IMG/VR virus record: IMGVR_UViG_3300033075_000428
Coordinates: 126,354-190,353 of that record
Strand: one strand, 5' to 3'
DNA: 64,000 bases
Source: a virus
Taxonomy: Duplodnaviria > Caudoviricetes
The notes below the pieces were generated by a model. The model was not told the origin of the DNA and ran no database searches. It worked only from the letters and a program-made list of their open reading frames with translations. This document shows positions 9,601 to 19,484 of this stretch, piece after piece (the stretch's first letter is position 1; every line of letters starts with the position of its first letter). The translations under genes and the position numbers were made by a program.

Positions 9601-10392
9601 TCAAGACTGAGACATGATGTCTCTTTGATGGTTAAGCTTGTCAGACAACAAGTTGTTGTACACTAAGTATGACAAGCGAACCAATGACGCAGACAGTTTC
9701 TCATTCTCACAAACAGGGAACACTACAGCATGCTGAGAAATCAATGGTTGTTCTGACGATGAACTAAACTTGTGATAGAGTTCTTCATACTTCAATAGGA
9801 TACGCTTCCTGTCTTGTATCTTTAGGTTGTCTAGCTCATCAATATTCTCACGTTCACTTGAGAACTTCGGATACAAGTTTGAGTCTACAAAGAACACAGT
9901 AAGATGTGGAGTTGGTGGTTGAATCAACTTGTATTCAACAGACCAGATAAGCTCTTCGGGGATGTTGTTCAATGTCGTCGGGTACACTAGATTGCTAAAC
10001 CAATATCGGTCGCACAATGCAACACCCTGTTGCGCAATGTGCTCAAGAATCATCGGGTATGTCAACGCATGTGACAATGCGTGTGACAGAATCTTCTGTT
10101 GAATAGTGGCGTTTGGAAGTCTGGTAATCTTGACCAGATTCATATGGTCTTGCTTGTTGGGGAAGGTGAACACCCGAGAACTAACGTTGGTAACCGTCTT
10201 GAGTGCATGTGAGAACAGCTTTACTAGTGTTGATTTCCCTAGCTTATCAGCACCCTCGAATACGATTAGTTTTCCAGCAAATGCAGTTGGTCTCGAAAAC
10301 GGTACCTGACGTTCAAGTTCTTCCAATGCAAGTTGCTCATCAATGCTAAAATACTCATTTTGAGTAAATTCGTTTGGCAAATCACTAGACAT
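9601..10392 (-). CDS. tmk: Thymidylate-kinase-family dNMP kinase (probable 5-hmdUMP kinase)
   Basis: IVFEGADKLGKST P-loop and CDRYWFSNLVY motif. Confidence 0.85.
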   Translation of the reverse strand: MSSDLPNEFTQNEYFSIDEQLALEELERQVPFSRPTAFAGKLIVFEGADKLGKSTLVKLFSHALKTVTNVSSRVFTFPNKQDHMNLVKITRLPNATIQQKILSHALSHALTYPMILEHIAQQGVALCDRYWFSNLVYPTTLNNIPEELIWSVEYKLIQPPTPHLTVFFVDSNLYPKFSSERENIDELDNLKIQDRKRILLKYEELYHKFSSSSEQPLISQHAVVFPVCENEKLSASLVRLSYLVYNNLLSDKLNHQRDIMSQS

Positions 10393-13300
10393 TTAGACTC
10401 TCTCTTTTAGGTTCAACTTAAATTCAATTTTGTCGCCAGCGTTAATGAACTGGTTCACATTGTCTACTGATTCTTCGGAAGTCGATATTTCGGTGACTTC
10501 AACATCATAGGCCATTGCAAGCCTCTTGACGATGTCTTGTAAGTCCTGTTCGAATCCTGAACCTTCCATGTGGTAAGAACCATCATCATGCTTCTCAATC
10601 TCAAGCTCACAAGCTCCACCCCAAGAAGAACCAATTTCAACGTCACACCGTAGGGGCATTCCGTTAAGCCATTGGTAACGCTCTTGTGGAATGGTCTCCA
10701 TATGGAGTTTGAAGACGTCATAAATCTGAATCAATTCCGATGGGAATACATCAACTTCAATTGAGTCATGAACTGTGCCTATCATCTTAGAACGTAAACC
10801 AGTATTCCAGATATGCTCTTGAATACGGAGTGTCGCATCAAACGTCAAGTCGGAGTTATGCACGAAGACACCAGAAGCAAGAGCAAAGTTGTGGTACTCA
10901 TCTACGCTGATATCGTAAACACTTATCTCTTCTTTTGAAGAAATCAATGATACTGTATCAATCTTTACTGTTTGACTACTACCCAGTTCACAAACACCAG
11001 AAAGTTCATGCCCCCTAGTCAGATTTTGAGCTTCACAATAAGTCCCATCTGTGAGAAGAAACAAATGATCAGGCGTGCAAGTCACAGTCTGACCACTGAT
11101 GAGTGATACAGAGCATAGGATGGTAACAGACGTAGTTTTTCTTGCTGAATGACCCTTCCCAAAAACTATGTTTCCAGACTTATCAGAGGATAGTACACGG
11201 AAGTCTGTGACACCGACAAGGTCTTCTATTTTTACGAAACTATGTAGTCCACCCTCTGTGATAACTATTATCTCAGTGTCACCTGTGAAACAGGATGTCG
11301 ACTGAATAGGAGAATTTTGAGCTTCTCGTTCACTCTTCAACACTTCAAACTTCTGTTTTGAATCAATGGAACGAAGCCATCTTCTTCTACCGAATGGTGT
11401 TGTCACATACTTATTCGCACGAAGAAACTTATGTTGTTCGTTGATCCAAGACTTCACATTTGGAAATCCCTTGAAGAAGTAGTCAATGTACGTCTGTGCT
11501 TCATCTATGGAGATTCCTAGTTCCTCAGAGAGTGACTTGGATTGCTTACCGTAGAGAATGCCGAACACAACAGCCTTCGCACTCTTACGCTCTTTCTTCG
11601 AGACTTGCTCAACAGGCTTATTGAAGATTCGTCCAGCAGTTAGTGCGTGAACGTCTAGTCCCTCTTTGTATGCAGAGATGAATCCATCGTCATTTGCTAG
11701 AGCACCGATGACACGTACTTCAAGCTGTGAATAGTCAGCCGCCATAATCAGACCACCAGTTTCAGCGAACCGCGATGACACAAGACGCTTAACGTCAGTG
11801 TTCCCTGAAGGAAGTGTATGGAAGTAACTCGACAGTCTTCCTGTTGCAGTGCCGATGACGTTGTAGTCAGGTAGGTACATCCCAGTTTCAGGGTGTAGAC
11901 TCTCAGGTTCTGACAACGGCTCAAGATATGTTGACAGAATCTTGACGAGGCCACGTAAGCTAGATATGATTTGAGCTATCTTCTTGGCTTCACGAGAGAC
12001 TCGAATGTCATCAGTCTTGAGAATTATCTGGAGTGCTGACTCAGCCACAGAAGGTTTGTTTCCTTCTGTCATCTCGACAACAGGACAGTGGAGATAATTT
12101 GGCGAGTAGAACAGTTCCTGAAGTTGTAACAAGCTATTTGGGTTGAATTCAAACTTCTTCTTTTCAGCTGTCTTGTTTACAATGAAGGTTTCAACAGTCG
12201 GTAGTTTCTTTAGACCTTCACGGAAAAACTCAATGTTCTCTGTATACTTCGTTATGAGAACATCTCGTTGAGCCCAATCAATCTGAATTCCTTCTGTTTC
12301 CAGTGCAATGAATACAGGGATGCTTCGTAGAAGGAACTGATAGCCATCGGTCTTGTACTCCCTCATTCTCTTGTCAAGAGCCTCGAATAACAACAACGTT
12401 GCTATAGCATCCAATGCACCGTATGTTGAAATCGTTGTGTACTTAACGTTGAAGAAGTGTCGGTCTTTTTTCAGTCGATGGCTGTTCAATTGCTCGTGTA
12501 AGTCTTTCTCCCATGTCATGTCGAATCCGAGCACCAGACGGGAAAGGTCTTTCAGGTTTAGGTCAATGCCACTGTCTCGACGAGCACCAAAGATATAGTA
12601 GCCCATGTAAAGTGTATCGGCATAAATCTTAAAGTCCTGAATTGGAATGTTCAAGTGCTTATGACACCACTTCAAGTCGAAGATGATGTTGTGGCCAACA
12701 ATAGGTATTGTCCTGAGTATCTTCCGTACACACTGGTTAACTAAATCTGTATGCTCTACCGTGATTAGAAGTTCAGGATGTTCAACGCCAACGAAGAAAC
12801 CTTCTCGTGTCTCAGGGTCGGAGAAGCAATAGCCAATAATCTTGCTGTCAGGAAGGTTCCATTCCAGATTCTTAGTCTCGATGTCGAAGACAACGTATGG
12901 GAAGTTTCCATTCTTGTATCTCGTAATTAAGTCTGTTGTGTATTCCAAAAACTCCCAAGGCTCCAGCACACGAGACTTAATCTGCGACGAGACGTCAGAA
13001 ACTCCAGAGACTTTGTTGCTTATGTTCTGAAGTATCTGAATGAACTTCTCATGATAAGAGAAGTTCATCATCACGTACGTTGGAGATGGTATCGGGATAA
13101 TTGGAAGTGCTAACTGTGTGCCATCTGGGAGACCAAATGACACTGGGTACTCATTGCCTGCAATTGACAAGATTCCTGACTCATTACTGGGCAGGAATAG
13201 CTTTGTGGCGGTTGAACCACAGGTAATAACATAGCGCAACGAGTTCTTAAACCGTTGAAACTCATACTGCAGGTGGGTGGAGGCACACAGTTGAACTGAT

Positions 13301-13620
13301 TGCTCTGGTGGTGCGGCAAGCTTGCCTGAGAATACGTTCTGTCCTTCGTATGAGATGCACTTCGTCAGAGAAGTGAAGTATATGTCTTCTGGTTTGAATC
13401 CAACTTTAGTCAGTGAAGTGATGAGCAAATCAGCACTATCGCCAACCATGAGTTCACCACGCTCGTCTTCTGTTCGATTTGGGGATTCTACAATCACCAT
13501 TACCTTTGGTGAGAGTTGTCCTTTACCTGAAATAGCGATAGTCTTAGCGCAATTCGACAGTGCGCACCATTTTGAGGAGGAACACCGTGAAGATTCTTTC
13601 CCGACGATTGGTAAGTCCAT
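10393..13620 (-). CDS. polA: Family A DNA polymerase with N-terminal family-4 UDG-like domain, 3'-5' exonuclease and an intein
   Basis: FDIET, GHNIIFD and YGALD exonuclease motifs; TATGRLSS; motif A DYSQLEVR; motif B RKSAKAVVFGILYG; motif C TVHDSI; N-terminal ESP...ED..G..VG UDG4-like pattern. Confidence 0.95.
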   Translation of the reverse strand: MDLPIVGKESSRCSSSKWCALSNCAKTIAISGKGQLSPKVMVIVESPNRTEDERGELMVGDSADLLITSLTKVGFKPEDIYFTSLTKCISYEGQNVFSGKLAAPPEQSVQLCASTHLQYEFQRFKNSLRYVITCGSTATKLFLPSNESGILSIAGNEYPVSFGLPDGTQLALPIIPIPSPTYVMMNFSYHEKFIQILQNISNKVSGVSDVSSQIKSRVLEPWEFLEYTTDLITRYKNGNFPYVVFDIETKNLEWNLPDSKIIGYCFSDPETREGFFVGVEHPELLITVEHTDLVNQCVRKILRTIPIVGHNIIFDLKWCHKHLNIPIQDFKIYADTLYMGYYIFGARRDSGIDLNLKDLSRLVLGFDMTWEKDLHEQLNSHRLKKDRHFFNVKYTTISTYGALDAIATLLLFEALDKRMREYKTDGYQFLLRSIPVFIALETEGIQIDWAQRDVLITKYTENIEFFREGLKKLPTVETFIVNKTAEKKKFEFNPNSLLQLQELFYSPNYLHCPVVEMTEGNKPSVAESALQIILKTDDIRVSREAKKIAQIISSLRGLVKILSTYLEPLSEPESLHPETGMYLPDYNVIGTATGRLSSYFHTLPSGNTDVKRLVSSRFAETGGLIMAADYSQLEVRVIGALANDDGFISAYKEGLDVHALTAGRIFNKPVEQVSKKERKSAKAVVFGILYGKQSKSLSEELGISIDEAQTYIDYFFKGFPNVKSWINEQHKFLRANKYVTTPFGRRRWLRSIDSKQKFEVLKSEREAQNSPIQSTSCFTGDTEIIVITEGGLHSFVKIEDLVGVTDFRVLSSDKSGNIVFGKGHSARKTTSVTILCSVSLISGQTVTCTPDHLFLLTDGTYCEAQNLTRGHELSGVCELGSSQTVKIDTVSLISSKEEISVYDISVDEYHNFALASGVFVHNSDLTFDATLRIQEHIWNTGLRSKMIGTVHDSIEVDVFPSELIQIYDVFKLHMETIPQERYQWLNGMPLRCDVEIGSSWGGACELEIEKHDDGSYHMEGSGFEQDLQDIVKRLAMAYDVEVTEISTSEESVDNVNQFINAGDKIEFKLNLKERV
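10855..11292 (-). mobile_element. Mini-intein (146 aa, no homing endonuclease) in the DNA polymerase
   Basis: Begins CFTGDT after NSPIQSTS; block B CTPDHLF; ends VYDISVDEYHNFALASGVFVHN followed by Ser (+1 extein SDLTF). Confidence 0.92.
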
Positions 13621-13965
13621 TTAGCTTAGTAGTGTGGTGAGCTTGGCGACTTCTTCATATGAAGGTCGTAGACAAACAGAGTCAGTTTCAAAGTCGAGAA
13701 CAATGGTGCTAGTTTCTACCCAAGGGACAACGTTGGTCTTTACGAGTAAGATGCCAACGGCTTGTTGAACAAGTTCCGTGGTGCTCCCCTTGTAGACCAT
13801 TTCAATGAGCTTCCTGTCAAGGAGCGACAACGGGGAAGAATGATTGGGAATTTGGGCTAGAACTGCCTTGACGTTCTTCGCATGAGTTAATGAGTCAACG
13901 GACTCATGAAACTCTTCAACATGTGAACCAAGTGTTGACTGGTCAAGTCGCATAAATCGAGCCAA
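13621..13965 (-). CDS. Hypothetical protein
   Basis: 114-aa ORF abutting the polymerase start. Confidence 0.65.
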   Translation of the reverse strand: MARFMRLDQSTLGSHVEEFHESVDSLTHAKNVKAVLAQIPNHSSPLSLLDRKLIEMVYKGSTTELVQQAVGILLVKTNVVPWVETSTIVLDFETDSVCLRPSYEEVAKLTTLLS

Positions 13966-14392
13966 CGTGAATCAGTAACTCAGGGTTGACATCTTTGTAG
14001 AAGATTTGGGTATTGTGCTCTTCAACGTCTTCCTCAGTCATGCGGATTATTCCGTAGCACCCACAATGTTCAACGAAGTGAACAACATAGACGTCATCAA
14101 TTGATGGGCTATGGGTCATGTCGTCAAGGTCATTTGACATCAATACCAAGTCACCAGTGAAAATGAACTCACCAGTTGTCTTGTATGGTATCTGTGTACT
14201 CGTTGAAACAAAGATTTTGTCAAAGGTATCTTGGTCTTTGAACTGTATGCTGTCCCCTGTGATGGAAGCGAAACCCTCTTGTAATAGGTCTTCAAGTGTC
14301 TTATGAATGTAGTTGCCATCTTCAAGCAACTGGTAGAATTTATCCGACAACGGCAAAAGTGTTTGCTCTGAACCAAGCATCAAAGACTCCAA
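13943..14392 (-). CDS. Hypothetical acidic protein
   Basis: 149-aa ORF in the operon. Confidence 0.65.
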   Translation of the reverse strand: MESLMLGSEQTLLPLSDKFYQLLEDGNYIHKTLEDLLQEGFASITGDSIQFKDQDTFDKIFVSTSTQIPYKTTGEFIFTGDLVLMSNDLDDMTHSPSIDDVYVVHFVEHCGCYGIIRMTEEDVEEHNTQIFYKDVNPELLIHVGSIYAT

Positions 14393-14395
14393 GGT

Positions 14396-16207
14396 TTATC
14401 CCAAGACAAGTGTTGTTACATCATTTTCACGCAAAAGAGAAATCTCCCCATTGAAGTACTCATAAGCTATTTCGTTGTGCGTGATAACGAACGTTGAGTA
14501 CGTCAATCCTATTATGTTCCGAAGCATCTCCAGTACATGGATGATTCCTTCGCTGTCGATGCCCTCGAACACTTCGTCTAGAACGAGCAAATTTGTGTTT
14601 ACGGAACTAACACTAAGAACTAAATCACGTAGCGAAAGCTGTATGGCGAGGTCAACACGACGTTGTTCACCCCCTGAATGGTCTGTGTAGTCTGAGATTC
14701 TACCATTCTGATTATGAATCAACTTGATATTGAGTTTTGAAACTTCACTGTCTTCATTGATACCAGAATCAAAGAAGATGGTTTCTGAGGAGAATAGGTA
14801 TTCAGAATAGATGATGAGTCTTGAGTTCAAGAACTCAATGTCCTTGTTCAACAGATAAGCTTGGATACCCTTCGGTGAGAAGATTTTATCAAGCTGCAAT
14901 CTGTCTTGTATAATAAGTTCTTTCTCTTTGAAGTTCTCAGAGAGATGTACTGACTGTTCAACGAATGCCTGAATGTCTCTACCAATGTTCTGCAGTTGTT
15001 CTTCCAACAGGCTGATTTGACTTCGGATAGACGCTTCGTAACCACGAAACCGCTGAAGCTCATTTAAGTTCGTCATTCTTCTTTGGTTGAGTGAACGCAA
15101 TGCTTGTTCTTCATTCTGAAGTTCGCTATAGATTGCATTCTTCTTTCCTTTGATGACTTCTAATTCATCTTTCTTCTTGGTTCCTGAAGCTGTCAGGTCA
15201 GACAACTCGTTGTAGAGTCGGTCACGTTCAGATTTCAAAGAAACCAATTCCTCTTCAGTTGCTTGGGAGAGCACTGAATGACATGAGTTACACCGTGTAA
15301 TAGGGTTGTCTATGCGTGATGACACGATGGTGTATCGAGAATTCTTGCTGTGATAGGACTCTTTGAGACCAATCAACTCAGTATTGATTTGTTCCAACTG
15401 AGTGTCGAATGCTGGAATACTGTTACGTAGGTTCTGTATCTTCTCTTGCAGTTGTTGCTCTTCTGTGTTGATAGTTTCAAGCCCACTTTCCAGTGTACTG
15501 ATTGTCTCACTGCTACCTGAAGAGGAAAGTGAAGACTGGAGTGAAGAAATTTTCTCTGTGATTTCCCTTCCTGATTGCTTCTTTGAAGTTATCAGATGCT
15601 GGGTTGAATTTATCGAGGACTCAATGCTACTGAGTTCGCTTCTCGCAACATCTAGTTCCTTCTTGTTCAGCTCACGTGCCTTCTCCCAGATTGCATTGTT
15701 TCGAATGTTCTGGATTGTTTCACGACGTGCAGTGTCCTTCAGTTGGCTGAATCTATTCTTAAGTCCCTGTTCAAGAATGATTATCGAGTTGAACATGTCT
15801 TGCTCAATTCGGATAATCGAATCAATCAGCGTCTGACTAGCCTTCGTTGTATGCTGGCTCTTGTCTTCATCGTTGATGAAGATTCGTATGTTATTCTTGA
15901 ACTTCTTGTGTTTACGGTAGCGTTCAATTCGATAAGTAACATTGTCGAGAACAAAGGAGAGTATGACGCTACAATCCTTCTCAGCCTTGTAGTTAATGAC
16001 TTCGTCTGCTGTTTTGCCCTTTGGTGTTGAACCGAAGATACACCAACTGATAGCCGCAAATAGGTTAGATTTTCCAGCACCATTGCTTCGTGTCAATGAG
16101 TTGTCAAGATTCTCTCCCTTGACAAGTATCATGCCCTGTTCAAAGGTAAGTTCAACTGCTCCTATTGTTAGGAAGTTGTTTATCTGCAGACTTTGGAATT
16201 CAATCAC
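14396..16207 (-). CDS. sbcC: SbcC/Rad50/gp46-like recombination ATPase
   Basis: SNGAGKS Walker A, coiled coil with CNSC zinc hook, SGGE signature, LVLDE Walker B, ITH. Confidence 0.93.
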   Translation of the reverse strand: MIEFQSLQINNFLTIGAVELTFEQGMILVKGENLDNSLTRSNGAGKSNLFAAISWCIFGSTPKGKTADEVINYKAEKDCSVILSFVLDNVTYRIERYRKHKKFKNNIRIFINDEDKSQHTTKASQTLIDSIIRIEQDMFNSIIILEQGLKNRFSQLKDTARRETIQNIRNNAIWEKARELNKKELDVARSELSSIESSINSTQHLITSKKQSGREITEKISSLQSSLSSSGSSETISTLESGLETINTEEQQLQEKIQNLRNSIPAFDTQLEQINTELIGLKESYHSKNSRYTIVSSRIDNPITRCNSCHSVLSQATEEELVSLKSERDRLYNELSDLTASGTKKKDELEVIKGKKNAIYSELQNEEQALRSLNQRRMTNLNELQRFRGYEASIRSQISLLEEQLQNIGRDIQAFVEQSVHLSENFKEKELIIQDRLQLDKIFSPKGIQAYLLNKDIEFLNSRLIIYSEYLFSSETIFFDSGINEDSEVSKLNIKLIHNQNGRISDYTDHSGGEQRRVDLAIQLSLRDLVLSVSSVNTNLLVLDEVFEGIDSEGIIHVLEMLRNIIGLTYSTFVITHNEIAYEYFNGEISLLRENDVTTLVLG

Positions 16208-17322
16208 AACAGTTGCTTGGCTTGAGTGAGTAATTTTAGTCCTAGGTTCTTGACGTTCTCCTGCCCTGTGAAGACATTATCCATGTATGTACCAAAGGTC
16301 TCTTCAAACGAGATAGCCTCAACGTCAAGTTGTAGACCAACGGTTTTATCAGACTCCTCTTTTGTCACCAGACCAGAAGACGATAGGATTCTCGAAGCGA
16401 CAAATCTTTCAAGAGCCTTCTGAATAGTCGCTTTGTCCTCGTTCTTGTGTATGTGATTGTAAATCACACAGCAGTTGTCTTCCAATGAATCAATGTCAGA
16501 CAGGGAGAATGCCTTGACAATACGAGGACTAATGTAATTGGGTATTAGCTCCGTGGTCTTCTTTTCAGTATCGATTAACCACACACCACGACGCAAGTCA
16601 TAGTCAAACTCTGTTACAGTAAACTGTTGTAAGCTTCCTGGGAGAATGACATTTGTGAACGGACGCTGAGGCACATGGTGATGTCCGTTGAACGCAAAGG
16701 TAAAGTTCTTACTCAAGAATGATGTATCAACTACTTTCTTTGAACTACCATGTTCAAGTTTGAATGGTGAGAATCCAGTTGGTGTACGGGACACAGAGTC
16801 AATTACACCATGGATTGTCAAGTGTCCGAAGAACAGTTTGGTGTTCTGTTCACAGCGTTTTAGAGCTTGCGCAACTGACTCGTAGGCTTCCTCGTCGTGG
16901 AGGAAATACGGTGCTAGAACCATGCTGAATCCATCGCACTCAATCACTTCTGTCTGCTTTATCAACTGAAATGGCGGAAGCTTCTCCAACCAATCGATTG
17001 AACAGATTGACCTGTCCGTTGAGATGAAGTCGTGGTTTCCAAGCAAAACGTAGTGTGGTATTTCAAGCGAACATCTTCTGGCGAAGTTCGTCATGGAAGT
17101 TGTACACGCTGAAATAGCCTTTGCCTCAATGGAACCTTGACTCTTGTAAAGGTCACCACCGTTGACGATGATGTCAGGACTGTGCTCGTCAATCAGGTTG
17201 ATTATCCACTCATGAAGAGCGATGGTATAATCAAGTCGAGTCGAGTACCCAGAATTGGAAGGGTGAGAAAAGTCACCAGTGTTACCAAAATGGGTATCAG
17301 TATAGAACAGAATCTTTGACAT
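16204..17322 (-). CDS. sbcD: SbcD/Mre11/gp47-like nuclease
   Basis: DTH, GGDL, GNHD, GH and GHHH metallophosphoesterase motifs; adjacent to SbcC. Confidence 0.92.
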   Translation of the reverse strand: MSKILFYTDTHFGNTGDFSHPSNSGYSTRLDYTIALHEWIINLIDEHSPDIIVNGGDLYKSQGSIEAKAISACTTSMTNFARRCSLEIPHYVLLGNHDFISTDRSICSIDWLEKLPPFQLIKQTEVIECDGFSMVLAPYFLHDEEAYESVAQALKRCEQNTKLFFGHLTIHGVIDSVSRTPTGFSPFKLEHGSSKKVVDTSFLSKNFTFAFNGHHHVPQRPFTNVILPGSLQQFTVTEFDYDLRRGVWLIDTEKKTTELIPNYISPRIVKAFSLSDIDSLEDNCCVIYNHIHKNEDKATIQKALERFVASRILSSSGLVTKEESDKTVGLQLDVEAISFEETFGTYMDNVFTGQENVKNLGLKLLTQAKQLL

Positions 17323-17333
17323 TGCGTGTTCTC

Positions 17334-18281
17334 TTAGTGAAGTGCTCTCAACACAGGATGAGTGAGTATCGGAGTGAGAGAGTTGAACTCATACTTTCTG
17401 AAGTACTGTTCAACATTTTGATGGTTGAACTGATGAGTCCTCTGTATCGCATTGGACACAAGAACCTTTGGTTCCCTTGTGTACTCCAATTCAGAGAGGT
17501 CTACCAACTTGTAGTTTAGCTCGAGTTGCTTGACAACTTCAGGATTGCATAGCTTGTGGGGCACTGTGTCTGGCTTTTGATTCTTCCCGTAGTCGATGAC
17601 GTCTTGCACTGTATATGAATTCAGCACATTTATCATCTTCTTGATTGACTTCTCACCAAATCCAGACAACGGCTTCTTGATATTGTCGTGACCACCCAAC
17701 ATCGCGAGGAAACAGACCATCGACTCAACTGGAATCTCAAATGTCTCAACAAAGTTCTCTGCTGTTACAAAGCTTTGAACCGTTGGACGGAAAAGACTGA
17801 TTGTCTTCGATACCATCTGAGACCAATCACCATCGTCCGAAATCAGAATCGTTGGTTGGTTCGAAACGTCGAATGTTCTTGCAAAGAGGAATGCTAAGTC
17901 ATCAGCTTCATAGCTTGGGCAAGACAATACATGCACACCCATGTGCTCTAAAATCTCTGGGACAAGAAGCTTCTGCTCTGAGTACAGTTCGCTGTTTGAT
18001 TTGTCTAGACCTTCAATCTTCTCATTCCAAACAGATTGCTCCTTCTCAGTCTTGAACTTGTATTCAGGGTAGAGTTGGACACGCTTGCTCTTTCCACCGC
18101 CAAGCAGAAAGAAGATTCTCTCTGGTCGGTAGGTTGAAAGTGCATTGAGATAACTTCCGATGCTCTTGATTGCAGCATACACAACCCCTGTGTGAATGCC
18201 ATCTCGTGTTTTCATCGTAAGAAGTGTCTTTGCGTACAGAGCACGATGAAGAACCATGTCCCCGTCTATAACAAGATTCAT
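17334..18281 (-). CDS. 5'-3' exonuclease / flap endonuclease (T4 RNase H-like)
   Basis: IDGD, YPEYK, EADD, SDDGDWSQ, GGHDNI...GFGEK. Confidence 0.9.
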   Translation of the reverse strand: MNLVIDGDMVLHRALYAKTLLTMKTRDGIHTGVVYAAIKSIGSYLNALSTYRPERIFFLLGGGKSKRVQLYPEYKFKTEKEQSVWNEKIEGLDKSNSELYSEQKLLVPEILEHMGVHVLSCPSYEADDLAFLFARTFDVSNQPTILISDDGDWSQMVSKTISLFRPTVQSFVTAENFVETFEIPVESMVCFLAMLGGHDNIKKPLSGFGEKSIKKMINVLNSYTVQDVIDYGKNQKPDTVPHKLCNPEVVKQLELNYKLVDLSELEYTREPKVLVSNAIQRTHQFNHQNVEQYFRKYEFNSLTPILTHPVLRALH

Positions 18282-18292
18282 GTGGTGCTTTC

Positions 18293-19483
18293 TTAGTCTT
18301 CTGGCTCTTCAGAAACGTCTTCAGGCAAGTCGGGTGAGATTGCAGCAGAGCTCACACCACCAAGAGCAGAGACCTTGAGAGTAGTCTTCAACGAAGAGTA
18401 TTTTCCACTCTTCTCTAAGAAGGATTTTTCCAAATCAACTAGTCGATTAACTAGCGTTGGATATGCACGGTACATGTACTGATAGCATAACGAGCAAACA
18501 TAGTGGTAGAGGTCTTTATCCTGCTTCATCGATTCAATGACCGTTGCAGCAGAACGGAATGACTTCTCGATTCCTGGGATGAATGTGATTCCGTTGCTTC
18601 GCACGTCAAAGATTCCGTATGTCTTGGCGAACCATTGAATGGACGAGATGCCATCGAATCCACCATTAAAGTAGTGGTCAACTTCAACCCAGTTGTGTGG
18701 TGGTGATTGCTTACTCTTCTCAAGTACCAGTCTAACCTTGTGCCCAACTAGTCGCTCGTCTTGCATGATAGCGGCTCCACGTCGCACATACAGACGAACT
18801 GTAGCGTAGTGCTTCATTGCGTGACCGCCAACGGAGTCAACTCCCCCACCATAAGAGCCAATCTTGTCTCGAACTTGCGAGACAAGAATGACTATTACTT
18901 TGTTTTGACTAAAGAACTTCGTTGCTGTTTTCAACCACATTGACATCAGACGTGGCTTCTCTGCCATACCTGAACCAATAAACTTGCCCTTGGTTGTATT
19001 CTCGAGTTCCTGTCTTGTTGGAGCAACTGTGATTGTATCCCAGTCAACCATCATGCGGAGTTCAGGAGCAGTTTCTCGCAACTTCGTGATAGTGCGGGAA
19101 ATCAAGTTGACACCGTCTTCAAAACAATCAGGCTCCGACATCAACAAATTGTCAAGGTCTACACCAATGTGCTGAGCACGGTCTTTATCAATTGCTGACT
19201 CACTTTCCAAAAGCTGAAGTACACCATTGTCAGCATACGCCTTTTGGAATTGGGTCATCATGTGATAGGTGAGTGTTGATTTACCTGCGGCTTCTTCACC
19301 GAAGATTTCATACATTCGACCAAAAAATAACCCACCACCAAGGATAAAGTCCAAGCCCTCAACACCAGTACTTACTGGTTCCTTCAACTCTGAATTTCCA
19401 GCCTCTGACCCACGAGAGACATCCATTTTTAGGTCTTTGGCTATCTTCTTGAGTTCGTCTTTGTGGGTGTCAATTGCCTTCAT
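18293..19483 (-). CDS. recA: RecA/UvsX recombinase (likely start ATG 19483)
   Basis: STG..LDFILGGG, EIFGEEAAGKST, SQVR, GGHAMKHYATVRL, KSK; ATG 19483 directly follows the SSB stop codon. Confidence 0.93.
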   Translation of the reverse strand: MKAIDTHKDELKKIAKDLKMDVSRGSEAGNSELKEPVSTGVEGLDFILGGGLFFGRMYEIFGEEAAGKSTLTYHMMTQFQKAYADNGVLQLLESESAIDKDRAQHIGVDLDNLLMSEPDCFEDGVNLISRTITKLRETAPELRMMVDWDTITVAPTRQELENTTKGKFIGSGMAEKPRLMSMWLKTATKFFSQNKVIVILVSQVRDKIGSYGGGVDSVGGHAMKHYATVRLYVRRGAAIMQDERLVGHKVRLVLEKSKQSPPHNWVEVDHYFNGGFDGISSIQWFAKTYGIFDVRSNGITFIPGIEKSFRSAATVIESMKQDKDLYHYVCSLCYQYMYRAYPTLVNRLVDLEKSFLEKSGKYSSLKTTLKVSALGGVSSAAISPDLPEDVSEEPED

Positions 19484-19484
19484 T

